This document shows, in pieces, positions 1 to 14,329 of a stretch of DNA of 64,000 bases (position 1 is the first letter of the stretch; each line of letters begins with the position of its first letter). The translations under genes and the position numbers were made by a program. The DNA is taken from positions 54,436,001-54,500,000 of the forward strand of contig CM126222.1 of the NCBI GenBank assembly GCA_052327205.1. The letters run 5' to 3'. This DNA is from Somniosus microcephalus (taxonomy: Eukaryota). The notes beneath the pieces are model-generated. The model saw nothing but the letters and a program-made list of their open reading frames with translations. It was not told the origin of the DNA and did no database searches.

Positions 1-1092
1 ATATAACCTGAGGTGTCGATCGAGGATTGTGAATCTTCGGGCCTTAGGTTTGACCTCTATCAATATCTAGTTCTGATCATACCTGTGCTTTCTGAGCAGA
101 TCTAAATTCTGGCTGTTCTGAAGTTATTACAGATTTTGATTTTGTTTGTTAATTATTGATATCATTTGCTAATTATTGATATCGTTTGCATTTTGTTAAA
201 ATTATTATTGAATCGTTTAAAGGAAATTATCAAATAGCTTAACTAGAAAGATGAAAACGGTGGTGCAAAGATGTGGATAAATGCTGCACAGTGACAAAAA
301 GTAGACATATTTTTTCATGATGGATTACTTATTGGAAGCCGTCTTGCTGATTACAGTGCTCACAGGATTAAAATGAAGTGCTGATTCATCAAGTTCTGGA
401 CAATATGCATTATATTGGCATGCCAAAGATATTAATATGCATCCGTACCTTCTTTGTGCGGAACAAAAGATAGTTTAATATGCTAATGCAGGTTAAATGC
501 AGAACCATTAATGTCATCTTGTTCGGCAGTGTCCCTGATAGCTGTCTGGATAAGTATAAATGTCCTAAAATTACAGGTCTTGAGCTTCAAAGGGTGCTAG
601 AGATGACTGGTGATCAGGAAATATCCTTTGTAGCTGCAATCCTGGGAATGGCGGATGTAACTACAGGAGATGCAGTTTTTAATGTCCCTTTGTTCCAAGA
701 TATTTTCAAAGAAATTTGAGAGTTAGTTTGAGGTCATTAGATGCATGAGGTTAATCAGAGGATGTGTGGTAACAGATAGCCGCGTATGAAGTAATGAAAC
801 TGCAGCTCAAGGGGCACTTTTATGATGAAGATTAGCACAGGAAAGCATCTGTTGTTTTAGATGTTTCAAGAAGAATAGTAAAGTCTGTACTTACTGTAAA
901 CATACTGTTATGTTGAGTGCTGTATCTGCTTAATGTTCAACAAACCTGTCTTGTAGATTATAGCTTAAGCCGCATTTTTTATTCTTCTGCCGAGCGAAGT
1001 GCAGAAGATCAGGTGGCAACATCCCGGAAGCTGGAGAACAGTGACAGGGGTTCTCTGTTCAATCCCTGGGTCTCACGGCATGCACCTAGATA

Positions 1093-1428
1093 CAGGAGAC
1101 TCTTTATTATCCGGCACCAACGGGACCGGCGAAGTGCCGGTTTATCAAAGAGTCCGGATTACAGAGAGGTATAGTTTAAAAGGTACGAGAGCTCCGTACA
1201 CAGCAACAAATCCAGGCTTCCCTATTGCTTAGCAACATGTGCAGGAACTCCGGCCACAGACCAAGCATCCCTGTTGCTTAGCAACAAGTGCACGAACCCC
1301 AGTTACACAGCCACAGATCCAGGAACTGCCACTAACATGAAGTAAAACTTACCTGAACCTACTCCTGAATTTTGCCGGTTAACAGAGATTTCCGGTTATT
1401 TATGTGCTGGTTAAAAGAGAATTTCCTG
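1093..1428 (+). mobile_element. Tc1/mariner (Tigger/pogo-like) non-autonomous MITE, copy 1
   Basis: TA|CAGGAGACTCT...AGAGAATTTCCTG|TA: imperfect TIRs with TA duplication; inverted second copy at 42984-43318. Confidence 0.8.
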
Positions 1429-3645
1429 TATTGGGCAGGTGAAGGCACACTCTGGTTCATGGGGGGTGAGAGGTCTGGTCATGCTGGTTGTCAGTGATGT
1501 TGTCACCGAGGAAAATATCTCGAGTAAAAATCCAAAAAACATAACTGTAAATGCTGCACCTGTCAGGCAAAGGCATTTTGTCACTCGTCAATCTGCCTGT
1601 TGATTTATGTGAACACTTTACAGTTTGTGTTGTAACATTCCTGCAATTTTAAACTGAAAGTTTTAAAAAGCTTTGGTATGAATGAAGATTGGATTAAATG
1701 CTTCGTATGCTTATTGGTGACTAAGGCAAAATGATCTCTGGATAGCAATAAGACAGTACACGTCCCATCTTGAAAATAACACAAAACTACACATTCACGC
1801 CAGTGAAAGGGTTAATAAGGGACCCATTAGTGCTCAATAAAAAAACATGTTTTTTTAATCTTGGGGAGTAATAGAACAACTGTGAAAGCAAGGCAGATTA
1901 TTGTAAATTTGGAATCAATCCAGATGAAAATGAATCCCAAAAGATGGTGTTCCTACAAATTAACAAGAGCAGGATTTGAGGTGAAGCCTGGGCAAATAAC
2001 TCATTGACCCACATAAATGGAGTTGCCATGATTGGATATCTTAATAAGCTATTGTAAACAACATTTCTGCTGGTGCTATTTAAAAGGGCAACAAAGTCTA
2101 AATTATAACTGTGTGGGCTGAACAGTCTTTTAGCATTATAATCATCTTTTTTTGTTCCTGTCCAGCTGAGTAATGTTGCTGGCACTTGAAACTGCAGACA
2201 ACTGGCCCAGGATTTTGAAAAGTACAACATTTCTACTGAGCCTTCTTGATAGTGATGCAGCAGAGGACAGGAAATTCCAAGTGCAAGTACTTACTGTGGT
2301 AGACAGGAAATCTTGTTTCAATGATTTCCTCGAATTCCTTGTTAATAAATTTTATTTGTGCAGTCATTTATGAAAATGAACTTGGAATTCAATCATTTTG
2401 CATTAACTATTGGCAGTACAGGGAATGTCTGTAAAAGAAGCTTCCTGTTCACTCTTGCATCACTACCCACCCTGAGGAAGATGACCCGCTGATTCTCATT
2501 TTATAAGTTCAGGTGAACTGCAAGTGATTTCAATGACTTGAATTCAAACTAGGTGTGAGTTTAAACTTGTAAGTTCTGGGGGTGGAATGAAGAGATTTAC
2601 TGTAAGAATATAAGTGGAGGAGTTAAGACTAAGCACAGTTAAGGGCAAGGAGGTCTCAGTAATTAAGTTCAAGGGTGGTGTATTGCGAGAGGTTAAAAAG
2701 GACAGTGGAGGAAAGAATAATAAAAAGAAGGCAAAGCGATACTGAGGAATATGAATGGATCAGGGTTGCAGTGTTTATAGTGTTACAAAGCATTAGAAAT
2801 GGAACTAGAGGCACTAATTAGAGTGGAGGGATTTGATGTTGTAGCCTTTACTGAAACCTTGCTTCATCTGGGGTGGGACTGGAAACAAAATATCCCTGGC
2901 TATAAACAGGAGAGATACCAAAGGAAGAAGAGGCCTTGTTAATTACAGAACTGTTTGCAGCCATTGAAAGAAAATATTTTTATCAATGGCAATGCTTAGC
3001 TGGGCTGCATTAATAAGAAATAATAAAGGAGTATGTTACCATATTAGGAGTACATTATAGACCGGCAAATGGTGGGAAAGAAATTGAGGATGTGATTTGT
3101 AGCCAAGATGTTTGCAGCGCTGGCTGGGAATAGACAAACATTTGTGATCAAAATGAGGAGGGGTTCTTAGAATTGCATCTAAAACTGTTTCCTTAATCGG
3201 TATGTTGCATGGCCAACAAAAAATGATGCAGTGCTCGATCTGGTTCTAGTTAATAATATTAGATAAGTAAGGGACCTGAAGTTATGAGAACACTTAGGTT
3301 ATGGTTAGTTTCCCAATTATGTTCGCAATGAAAATAAATATAGAAAAGTGAGAGTTGAAGCTAAAAGTGTTGGACTGGAAATTAAGCAAATTCAGTAGGA
3401 TGAAAGGGGTCCTTGCCTAGATTAATTGGTTGAGAAAGGATGGCAAATCAAACAGTGGACCAGCAGTGGAGATATTTAAATATGAGATGGACAAAGTACA
3501 GGGGGAAATTTCCGAGTGTAGGGTCAGGATGGCTGAAGACACAGCTGCTACTGGTGGGCAAAGTGGGTGCGGGAGATTTGAACAATAAGTGGGGGAAAGG
3601 ATTTAGAGGAACAGGGAGTTTGGGGGAAGGGGGCGTGTTGCAGGG

Positions 3646-3972
3646 CTAGAGGAGGTTACAGAGATAAGGAGAAGCTAGGCCATGAAGGGATTTAAGCAAA
3701 AGGCTAAGAACTTTAAATTTGAAGCATTTGGGGACTGGGAGCCATTGAGAACAGGGATGAAAAGTCAACAGGACTTGGTAAGGGATAGGATATGGGTAGC
3801 AGAGTTTTGGATGAGGTGAAGCATTACAGAGGGTGGGGCATGAGAGGCTGGCCAAGAGAGCATTGGAATAGCCACATCTAGAGATGACAATGGGATGAAT
3901 GGATGTCAGCCAAAGGCGATGGAGCGGTTGAGAGGTGGTGGAGAGGTAGAGCTGAGTATCATCAGTGTACAC
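3646..3972 (-). mobile_element. L2-type LINE RT/3' fragment
   Basis: Minus ORF with YTDDTQLYLS and WLPV..FKFKVL..LHGLASPYL, typical of L2 ORF2. Confidence 0.7.
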
Positions 3973-4438
3973 CTTTTATAAGCACACTGAAGTAAAAGGA
4001 TAGTCAAAGAAAGGGTGGAACCACTTAAATATGAAGGTGGCCACCTTGTAATTGAGCGCGGGGTAATGGCAGTGATACTTGGTGAGAACTTAGCCTCAAT
4101 TTTTATAGAGGAAGGTGAAATTAGGCCTGTTAGAGTGCCTGTAAAGGATGTGGAAGAGCCACTACTGAAGATAACTACCCAAAAGAAAACTGTATTAAAT
4201 ATAGTTAAAGAGACTGAAGGTAGAAAAGTAAGCTCAGGTGGAAAGCACCCAGAATACTGAGGGACATTGAACGGGGCGGGGGAGGAGAGATAATGGAAAC
4301 GTTAACCATAATTTTCTAAAAAGCTTTGGAAATGGAAACTATGCCAAAGGACTTGAGGGTGGCAAATGTCACACCCCTGTTCAGGAAAGGGAAAATGGAT
4401 AAGCCAGAAATTAAAGGCCAGTTAAGGGTAAGCTTCTA

Positions 4439-4933
4439 GGGCTGGATTTCCCTGCATGGTGGTTTTGTTGCCAGAGGTGAGGAGGACTTCCAGCCACACC
4501 CCCCACACCCCCATGACCCTGATCCATTTTCCTGGTCCAAGGTTTATCATACATGCAGGGAGTGCTCCCAAGTAGTATCTGCACTCCATAGGAGGCGCTC
4601 ACCACCCCCCCAACAAGTAAAATCCAGCGATGCTGCAGCAGGGCACTCACTGCAGCACCAGAGGAGCTGAAGTTAAAGGGGGCACGAGCTCCTTGGAAAT
4701 GAAATGATCTTTCACTGAAATGGCTTGTGAAGAGCCCACATAGAAGCTGCAGGTTCTTTCCCTCCTTCAGTGCCTTCAGCACTCCTTCTGCCGCTGATTG
4801 AGCAAGTACTGCGCACTCCTCTTCTGTCCTTACTTGGGATCAGCAGTACACTGGTGGGAAAAGCTGGGAAATTGACTGGTTCCCATAGCCCTGTCTCCAG
4901 CTCTCTCTTAAATGCACTGGGCATATCCAGGCC
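4439..4933. mobile_element. PIF/Harbinger-like MITE inserted in old CR1
   Basis: Termini GGGCTGGAT... / ...ATCCAGGCC; CR1 sequence resumes on both sides. Confidence 0.5.
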
Positions 4934-5309
4934 GTAGAGCTCATAATGTGGGATGAAATTAATGAACACTTATACAGGCCTGGGCTAATTGGGGACAGTC
5001 AGCATGGACTTGCAAAGGGCAAGCTGTGCTTGACTAAGTTAATTGAATTTTTTGAAGAAATTACAGAATGATTAGATCAAGGGAATGTAGTAGATGTTGT
5101 AGAGATGAATTTTCAGAAGGAATTTGATTAGGTGTCACATATGAAACTCGTTACAGAAAGTAAGGCAAATGGTGTTAAAACGGCATGTAGATGCATGGAT
5201 AGAAAACAGAAATCAATGTTTTTCAAATTGATTGGATGTGTATCGTGATGTGTCCTAAGGATCCCTTGTTTTCTATTTATATAACATCATTTAAAAGAAT
5301 TAGTAATTA

Positions 5310-7019
5310 GGTAAGCATTTGAAAATGAAGAACAAAAAACATTCCGGAAATAATGGGGAACCAAGGGTCTAGAAAGAATGAGGAACTTAAAGAAATCAGT
5401 ATAAGTAAAGACATAGTACTGGAGAAATTAATGTGACTAAGTGGCGACAAATCCCCTGGACCTGACGACCTGCATCCTAGGGTTTTAAAAGAGGTAGCTG
5501 CAGAGATAGTGGATGCACTGGTATTAATCTTCCAAAATTCCCTAGATTGTAGAACAGTCCCCAAGGATTGGATGGTAGAAAATATAACCTCGCTACTTAA
5601 GAAAGGAGGAAGAGGAAAAAATGGGGAACTATAGGCCAGTTAGCCTGACATCAGTAGTAGGCAAATTGCTAGAATCTATTATTAGGGACGTGGTAACAGG
5701 GCACTTAGAAAATCGTAATATGAGAAGGCAGAGTCAACATGGTTTTATGAAAGGGAAATCGTGTTTGACAAATCTGTTGGAGAGTTTTTTGAAGATGTAA
5801 CTAGTAGGATGGATAAGGGGGAACCAGTGGATGTAGTGTATTTGGATTTTCAAAAAGCATTCGATAAGGTGCCACACAAGAGGTTATTACACAAAATTAG
5901 GACTCATGAGATTGGGGGTAATATATTAGCATGGATTGAGGATTGGTTAATGGACAGAAAACAAAGAGTAGGAATAAACGGGACATATTCGGGTTGGCAG
6001 GCTGTAACTGGGGTACCACAAAGATCAGTGCTTGGCCCTCAGCTATTTACAATCTATATTAATGACTTAGATGAAGAGACTGAATGTAACATATCCAAGT
6101 TTGCTGATGATACAAAGTTAGGTGGGAAAGTAAGCCGTGAGGAGGACGCAAAGAGGCTGCAGAGAGATATTGACGGGTTGAATGAGTGAGCAAGAACATG
6201 GCCAATGGAATACAATGTGGGGAAGTGTGAAGTTATCCACTTTGGTAGGAAAAACAGAAAAGCAAAATATTTTTTGAATGGTGAGAGACTGGGAAATGTT
6301 TACATTCAGAGGGACCTGGGTGTCCTTGTACATGAATCACAGAAAGTTAACATGCAGGTACAGCAAGCAATTAGGAAAGCAAATGGTATGTTAGCTTTTG
6401 TTACAAAGGGATTATAGTATAAAGAGTAAAGAAGTCTTACTCCAATTATACAGGGCCTTGGTGAGGCCACACCTGGAGTAATATGTACAGTTCTGGCCTC
6501 CTTACCTAAGGAAAGACATACTTGCCTCAGAGGGAGTATACCGAAAGTTCACTAGACTTGTTCCTGGGGTGAGGGGATTGCCCATGAGGGGAGATTGAGT
6601 AGACTAGGCCTATATTCCCTAGAGTTTCAAAGAATGAGAGGTGATCTAATTGAAACATATTAAATTCTTAAGGGGCTTGACAGGGTTAATGCGAAGAAAA
6701 TGTTTCCCCCAGCTGGGGAGTCTAGAACACGGGGTCAGGGTCTCAGAATAAGGGGTCGGCCATTTAGGACTGAGATGAGAAATTTCTTCACTCAAAGAGT
6801 TGTGAATCTTTGGAATTTTCTACCCCAGAGGGCTGTGGAGGCTCAGTCATTGAGTATATTTAAGATAGAGGTTGATAGATTTTTGGGAACTAAGGGATAT
6901 AGGGATAGTGCAGGAAGGTGGAGTTAAGGTAGATGATCAGCCATGATCTTGTTAAATGGCGGAGCAGGCTCGAGGGGCCGAATGGCCAACTCCTGCTCCT
7001 ATTTCTTATATTCTTATAT
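5310..7019 (+). mobile_element. CR1 LINE, 5'-truncated, frameshifted RT with intact 3' UTR
   Basis: ORF pieces [50 protein letters not shown]; 3' UTR ends CTCCTGCTCCTATTTCTTATATTCTTAT. Confidence 0.92.
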
Positions 7020-7135
7020 GAAGAGGAAAAGGAAAGATAATGGATTAGAATAGGTTGCTCCAGTGAAGGGGCTGGCACCAGTACAGGCACAGTGGGCCAA
7101 ATGGCCTCCTTCTGTCTGTAACTTCTATGATTTTA
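7020..7135 (+). mobile_element. CR1 3' UTR remnant (possibly the end of the old CR1)
   Basis: GGCACAGTGGGCCAAATGGCCTCCTTCTG...TTCTATGATTTT, a CR1-type 3' end. Confidence 0.55.
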
Positions 7136-7526
7136 CCAGCATAGATAAGAACAGATTATAATGGACAGTGGATTTTTAACTTGCCCTTAATTATAATTTA
7201 TTGTTAGTTGCCATTCGGTAGTCTTCGGAGAGAACGAGAAGTGACCTTTTTGATAAATCATCCGCAGTTGAACTGAGTTTCAGGCTCTCAAAGTGAAGGG
7301 CAACATGCCAGACTACTCTGTGAAAGTACAGTAGTTGAAGCCACTGTATCAGTCATAAATAAAATACAGGGACTGAGGAGATTATATCTTTTGTTATTCT
7401 TTTTCATCAAACACAGAAGCATTAGAAACCTCCGTGGTTTCTTTTTCGTGGTCTGTTTGCAATTACAAGACATTTGTTTGAAAACCACTTTATTGCTTGA
7501 ACTATGATAACTGAAGTATAGTCTAA

Positions 7527-7724
<198 letters not shown>

Positions 7725-8365
7725 TAAAATATCCAGCATAACCAAATGTATTTTATAATTAGCTTACAAAATAGTAATACCAATAACATTTCTATGTTTT
7801 AATTTTACTTTGTTTCAATTTAACAGAAGTAATGAACTATTGCAATTATGACCATTTATTTGTCTAGCGGAATACCGTGTGTATAAATTATTCTCATATT
7901 TCGAATAAGTTGAGAGCCTAATTTTGCTCTGCAACGTGGCACTTTGTTTTAACCATAAACGTTCAGCTGAAATATAGTTGCAGGGTGTGTTACTGAATAG
8001 TACCCGATGGACTCTTTCATGGTGCTGTAGTTGTTGCCTTGCATTTTAATATTTATTTCAAATAAAATCCAAGATTCTTTGGGGGGAAAAAAAGCAATCT
8101 TATTGATTCATATTATGCGGTGAACATTAAAGTTAGAGTTTAATCTTGATATTTATGATAATGATGCACCACATATGGCTCAAAGCAACCCGCTGAACGT
8201 TTGTACAAGGCCTTTAGCTAAATACCATGCTGGCTGGTGTTATTGCCTTGATGGGGCTATTTTATCCTCCCCATTAACGCAGAATCTCTATTATTTTCAT
8301 CACTACTAAATGCTGTAGGTAAACTTTACTACCATGTACAGTGCCTCTGAAACCCTCTGGATTTC

Positions 8366-8450
8366 ACCCCCCCTTCCTTTACCCCTCGTCCCCCCTTCCT
8401 TTACCCCTCCCCCCCCCCTTCCTTTACCCCCCCCACCTTCCTTTACCTCT
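8366..8450. repeat. C-rich simple repeat, about 4 copies of CCCTTCCTTTACCCC
   Basis: Direct reading; G-tracts on the minus strand. Confidence 0.8.
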
Positions 8451-8489
8451 CTTCTGCTGACTGAGGTGATTCATGCTATGGGACTGTCC

Positions 8490-8800
8490 TGCAGTCATTG
8501 TCAGCCTACAGTACCTTACCCAAATGTCCATTTTTCATGTGTGTTTCTGGATAGTGGCTGGTGCTAAGCTGTTTGATCTTGGCGGGGCGGGGGGGGGGCA
8601 TTGCGGCTGAACCCAACCTTGCTCTCACTTGACATTCCACCCCCTTCACACACACGCACAAAATCACTATTGAATAGCCACCAGTGAGTTGAAACCCTTT
8701 CTTCTCCCTAGCTCAGGGGCAGCTAAGTGCCTTCATTGTCACCCGGACTGAGAGTAACACAAACCAGGACCGAGCCTGGACCCTTCCTGGGCTGTCTGGT
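8490..8800 (-). mobile_element. Degenerate SINE-like repeat, same family as 10620-11150
   Basis: Reverse complement resembles the AGGTTC...GGGCTAGGGAG family seen at 10620, 38870 and 51880. Confidence 0.45.
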
Positions 8801-9409
8801 TATCTCACACAAAACACAGCCATTTACCATCGATTGTTTGTACAAAGTTGTTATTTGCATTAAAAAATTTAAATTTTGCAGTCATTCAATCTAAGCAATG
8901 CAAAATAAAACAGCACTGTGCAAAAAGAAATTCAAATGAACAAATTATTCAAATGAAGTGACTTTATATTAACAACAGACTGTACCTACCAAGCCATTAG
9001 GGGAGGCAAAATGAATGAATTCCCTGATCAGAACTGAGCCCAAGCCATGGCAGTGAGTTGCCAAATCCTATCCACGACACCACGAGGAATGAATAGCGTA
9101 AACGGGGCTCTGCACTTACAGCAAAACAAAATTATTCAGTGTGATTATTATCCACTTTCCTAGACAAGGAATGGCAAAGAACGATGAGAGACACAAATAC
9201 AGAGAAAAAGATTAAGCAAAAGAGGGTGAGAGAGAGATGAAGCACAGAGAGAGAGAGAGAACGAGGGAGAAAGAGGCAAATGTAGAAAGAAAGGAAGAAA
9301 AAGGAAAGGTATTATTTAAAAGGAAAGTAGCAGTGAGTGAAACCATTAACATGTTATGCAATGAGCAGGAGTTTGTGCCTGAGATGTTTCCCATCTGGCC
9401 ATGCAATTA

Positions 9410-9810
9410 GAATAATAGAATCATAGAATGATACAGCACAGAAGGATGTCATTCATCCCATCGAGCCTGTGGCGGCTCTTTGAAGGCGCTCTCCAATTAG
9501 TCCCACTCCCCTGCTCGTTCCCTGTAGCCCTGCAAATTTTTTCTTTTCAAGTATTTATCCCATTCCCTTATGAAAGTTACTATTGAATCTGCTTCCACCA
9601 CCCTTTCAGGCAGTGCATTCCCGATCATAACAAGATGCTGCTTAAAATAAATTCTCATCTCCCCTCTGGTTCTTTTGCCAATTGCCTTAAATCCACGTCT
9701 CTATCAAAAACTATCATAATTTGGAACAGCTCCAAAAATCTCCCCTTAAACATCTCTGCTCTAAGGAGATCAAGCCCAGCTTCTCTAGTTTCTCCACATT
9801 ACTAAAATCC
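9410..9810 (-). mobile_element. CR1 LINE 3' fragment
   Basis: Starts ATAGAATCATAGAATGATACAGCACAGAAGG; closely similar to 62600-63050 and to the reverse complement of 60410-60675. Confidence 0.8.
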
Positions 9811-10195
9811 CCCATCGGTGGAGTAAGAGAATTCAAGATGGCTGCTTTACCAACTGGAGGGAGGACAGACAGTCCCTTGACTAGAACATCTGTGATCTGT
9901 CTTTGGTATACTGAGAGAGATACATTCTGGCCTCTGAAATGTAAAAAGTTTGTCCGAGGGTATTAGAACTTACAAGCATTTCCTTGGTATAGGATAATGT
10001 CTAATGGATCGAATTAATTGCTAAATGTTCAGTTTAACTTTGCCCATTAAACACTTAAAGAACAGAGCACAGCAAAACATTAGAGGCATTTTTCATCTAA
10101 TCATCTGATGATTTCTGCTCGACAAAATCTTCAATGTTAATTTTATTTTCACACCTCTGCTTTATGCTGCTTTTTTTAATCAAGCCACAGCCTTA

Positions 10196-10580
10196 CAACA
10201 ACAACTTGCATTTATATAGCACCTTGAACATAGTAAAATGTCCCAAGGTGCTTCACGGGAGCGTTATCAAGCAACATTTGGTATTTGAGCCACTTAAGGA
10301 GACATTAAGACAGATAACCAATCAGAGAGGTAGGTTTTAAAGACCGTCTTAAAGGAGGAGAGCGAGCTAGAGAGGCGGAGAGGTTTATGGAGGGGATTCC
10401 AGAACTTAGGGCCCAGGCAGCTGAAGCCACGGCCACCAATGGTGGAGCGATTAATTGGGGATGCGCAAAAGACCAGAATTGGAGGAGCACAGAGATCTCG
10501 AAGGGTTGTAGGGCTGGAGGAGGTTACAGAGGTCGGGATGGGCGAGACCACGGAGGGATTTGAAAACAAGGATGAGAATA
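10196..10580 (-). mobile_element. L2-type LINE 3' end
   Basis: (CAA)n tail then CTTGCATTTATATAGCACCTT; minus-strand peptide IGGRGFSCLGPKFWN. Confidence 0.8.
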
Positions 10581-10619
10581 TTATGCCAGGCCCTTCTCCA
10601 TTAAACAATAATCCATTGC

Positions 10620-11150
10620 CATGTGCACCAGTAAGTTCACAGGTTCAAATCCTAGTCTGTGCTGAATTAGCTGATCTAGGCTGGGCAGCAGGCTATAGTT
10701 ACCCTGACTGCCCTGGGTTAGGGAAGGACAAATCAGCTAGGCCTCCTGCTCTTGTTGGAGCTGCGTACACGTGGAGGCCTGCTGAAAAGAGGATTGGGCT
10801 TGTCTGTGATGTCTTCTGTGGTCAAATAGCCTGTTGAACCTTAAGGGCTGATTTTCTAAATGCACACCCTTAACACTGGAGCATATTTTAGGAACTAGCG
10901 GGCAATGCTCCCTGTGATTTTTCTGCCCATAATGAACAGAAGATTTTGAGGAGCACCCCCACGATATCCCAGTTTGTGCTCCCAGTCTCTGTGCTAGAAG
11001 CATGCGTTCGGAATTCAACCCTTTACTGTCAAAGCTCACACATGAATAATGGCCACTTGGGTGAGATACTAGACAGTGACTGGTGTTTTTGAATTGTCCT
11101 CCAGCACAAGGAGTCAGTGCCTTCAGGAGAGGAAGAAAGGGAAGCAAAAT
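10620..11150 (+). mobile_element. tRNA-derived SINE-like repeat interrupted by a small MITE (10845-11021)
   Basis: B-box-like GGTTCAAATCC then CTGTGCTGAATTAGCTGATCT; related copies at about 38870-39190, 51880-52110 and 52320-52440 (-). Inner element has termini GGGCTGATTTTC / GAATTCAACCC. Confidence 0.6.
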
Positions 11151-11354
11151 GGCAGAGAACATTTTCAGGCAAAATATGTTGTATATAAAAAAAAACCTGT
11201 TCATCATATGATTGTATAGAGTGATTTAGAACATAGAAATGTGGGTCTTGAGTTAAACAGAAGGTGAGGTGTATAAGAAAGCAGAAGGAGGTATCATTAT
11301 TGATGGTGATATAATATAATGCACTGATCTTATGAGGTCTTTCTCAACTTGCAG

Positions 11355-13157
11355 ATGGTTTCTATCTGAGGAACTTACCTGGACAACCAACCCTGCTCTC
11401 AACCAATCATAGTTTTCCTTCCATTTCCCGAGCCGCACCCAGCCATCCCATTGGTTCCTGCAGCAGAGACAGAGAGATGAGCCACTCCCACAAAACCATC
11501 AAGGAAACTGACAGACTCCTAGCTGCTAAGGAACCTAGTAAAGAAAGGATGAGTAAAAATGAAGCCAATTCTATGAACAGTCAAAGGACACACAAGGAGA
11601 GACATTCAGAAGAAGATGGAAAGGACAGACATAAAATAGTGCTGCCTCTGATGCCAGATGTTAGATGCAAAGAAGACATAACAAATATGCACAATAGCAT
11701 GTGTGAAAACAGAAATAAACACTTCAGTAGCTGTTTAACAAACTCCAAAGTTATGAATGGAGATTCCAGTAAGACTTTATTAGCAAGCTGCACTAATATT
11801 GGTGGGATTTTACCGAGGCAAATGGACATCCATACCCCAGGCAGGTGTACCAAAGAGAGCTTAAGGTTTGAGAGGGATTTCAGAGAAAATGGTCCCTCTG
11901 GTCCAATGCATATCGAGTGCTCGGACAGTTGGCAAACGCCACACCATTCTGTTGCATACTCTGTTCCTTCTTCACTGTCCAACATTCCTCCATCATCTAG
12001 CACAGCCTCGGGAACATTCCCCTGTTTGCAGGTTCATTCCAACTTAGACCTTTTTTACCCGACTCAAGATAAGGCTGGCAGGGAGCTCAAGGTCACTGGG
12101 CCTACGTACGTGCCTTCAGTGGGACACTTCAGTGACAAAAGTAGACCTTTTCAAGTCACTGCAGAGAACTGCAAGGTCAACAGAAATATAGGGAAGGAGA
12201 AGACACACGACAAAAGCACAGAGAGGTCTGATATTGGGACAGTACCTAATTCACACACACATCTGAAGCTAGATGGGAAAGGAATGGACTGGCCCCACAA
12301 TTCAGCCATAAAATCCAAACAACAGTGTGGTAGCAGCACTGGTGCACAGATGGTGATGCCCTTCACACCTCAGGCAGCCAAGGGCCCCTCAGGGAAAGGT
12401 AGCACTTATGTTATGCCACAGTCTCAGGATTGTTTCTGTTCGAAGGAGCTGGAGACATGCTGTGCCAAACTCACCCACTCCAGTTATATGCTGGACCGGG
12501 AGCATGGCAGTGATGCACATGAGAAAGCTTCGAAAGACTCACAGGGGCAGAAAGTGGCCAGGATACGGCACCAACACCATAAGCTTCCTGAGGTGGAGCA
12601 CATGGGTTCAGAAATGAAGAGAAGGCCACCGGAGCTCAGTTGTATGAGCTACAATGGATCTCACATACCATCATGGCAGGGCCCTCAGATTCCAATGGGT
12701 GAAGACAGGAAAAACTCCTATCTTGACCCTTTTAGTTCAAGTTTACAGCAGGCAGCAATGTTATCACAAGGATCTGTGCTAAACCAAGACATGTTAGGTC
12801 AAACTGATGAAGTCTCAGCCATGAAGAGTTTGTTAAAATACAGCAGCTCTTTTCCTCCAGGCACACAGGCTTTGATTGTTGGGCAGAAGACCCCTTTTGG
12901 AGGTCTGGGAAACATTAGGGCCAGCTGTGTCCATCAGGAGATTAAATTCCAAAGTGGGAAATCAAGCCTAGATTTGGAGCGTCTAGACTGTGCCAAAGGA
13001 CGGGAAAATGAGTCATCTCAGGGCGATGGAGAGATACGGCAGCCTCCAGTTGGGATCGCAGTGGCAGTTGCAAGGCAAAAAGACAACCAGAACAAGCATG
13101 AACTGCCTTGTGGTGCTGAGTCCAGCAGGCAACACAGGCACCTTCCTGGTTTGAAAG
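11355..13157 (+). CDS. BAHCC1: BAHCC1 large internal exon (1803 nt; phase 1 to 1)
   Basis: ttgcag|AT GGT TTC TAT gives DGFYLRNLPGQPTLL; contains GPTYVPSVGH, QKVARIRHQ, DEVSAMKSLLKYSS, GDGEIRQPPVGIAVAVARQKD as in BAHCC1; donor AAG|gtgaga. Confidence 0.96.
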
Positions 13158-14329
13158 GTGAGATACTATTAAAGACCCAAATAAGTCGTTAAACCGTGCT
13201 TCTGTCAACAACCCTGATTTATTTTTTTAACTGTTTTCACAACATGATTATTATTGTCAGAAATATTATTCTATGGGACTACTGGTAAATGCTGGCCTGT
13301 ATGTCACCTTTCTTTCCTGGTATAGGTGACAAATCATTTGGGAATGCTTTAAGTGCAGTGTTGTTACTAAATGACATGGTAGGACAGTATTTAATTCCCA
13401 GAATAGTTACGTATTCGAGTTGCAGGTTAGCCTGTAATTCAGACGGCCTTGCTTTGGTTGCTTCAACTTCATCGAGACTTGTTTGTTGGACTGAAGTGTT
13501 TCATCTGTGGGTATGAAAACTTGGCATTGTCCAACTCAACCTAGTTGAGTCCCAGGTCCCAGTAGCTGATCATGCACTGTAACGTTAGTAGTTTGGAGAA
13601 GCCCATGACTTTGACTGTCCTCACTTCCAGTATGAAGATGGCTGACCCCAAAGTGTCCAAAATCAGACCCCAAAAAAGTGGTGATATGCCTGTTTGAATG
13701 TCACCTACTTTAAAGGAAGACTTCAAGCATCCAGATGAAAATGTAAATGATCAGAATTTTTAGAGCACTTCAAGCTGAAAGTTGTACACGAGCTCCACAT
13801 ATGTTTGCAATTCCATGTTATTATCAATTCCCTATTAGTTTTCAGCTTTTATTACTTTTGTGCAGGCGTTTGACCCAAAATGTACTTATGATAAAATGTG
13901 TGAAGGATCTCCGTACTGAAATGTTAATTCTTTCTTCATATTTTTCATCCACCATGTCATTTAAGTATTTGATCCAGCAAACACTGGACGTGGAAGTTGA
14001 AGTTTTCTCTGAAAGGTTATAAATGAAGTATTCCCTCAACATCAAAAGTAAATCGTCAGTAGTTTGTCACAAGACATCACACATGTATAGGTTTTCCTTG
14101 TGAATGACCTAGAACTATGCTAGTGCAGTTGCTGATCACACAGTGCAATTTAAATGTCTGAAAATGGAGACATTTTACATTGCATTTCTTTATTTGACAA
14201 TTTGAATAGTTGATTTTGACATGGATTTGCTTTGACTAGATTTCATATTAAGCTGTACCGCTGTAATAAACTTGGTATGAGTTTTGCATGGGTGCTGGTT
14301 AGCTGCAAATAATGCTTTCTTGTTGACAG

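Larger units (their letters stand above)
2650..5290 (+). mobile_element. Old, degraded CR1 LINE (endonuclease to RT region), interrupted by an L2 fragment and a MITE
   Basis: Decayed CR1 ORF2 motifs at DNA level (e.g. GCAAATGTCACACCCCTGTTCAGGAAAGG about 4361; CAGCATGGACTTGCAAAGGGCAAG about 5000); many stops; boundaries approximate. Confidence 0.65.

Noticed and set aside
11581-12366. Antisense ORFs over the large BAHCC1 exon
   Set aside because: Shadows of the coding strand with no recognisable motifs
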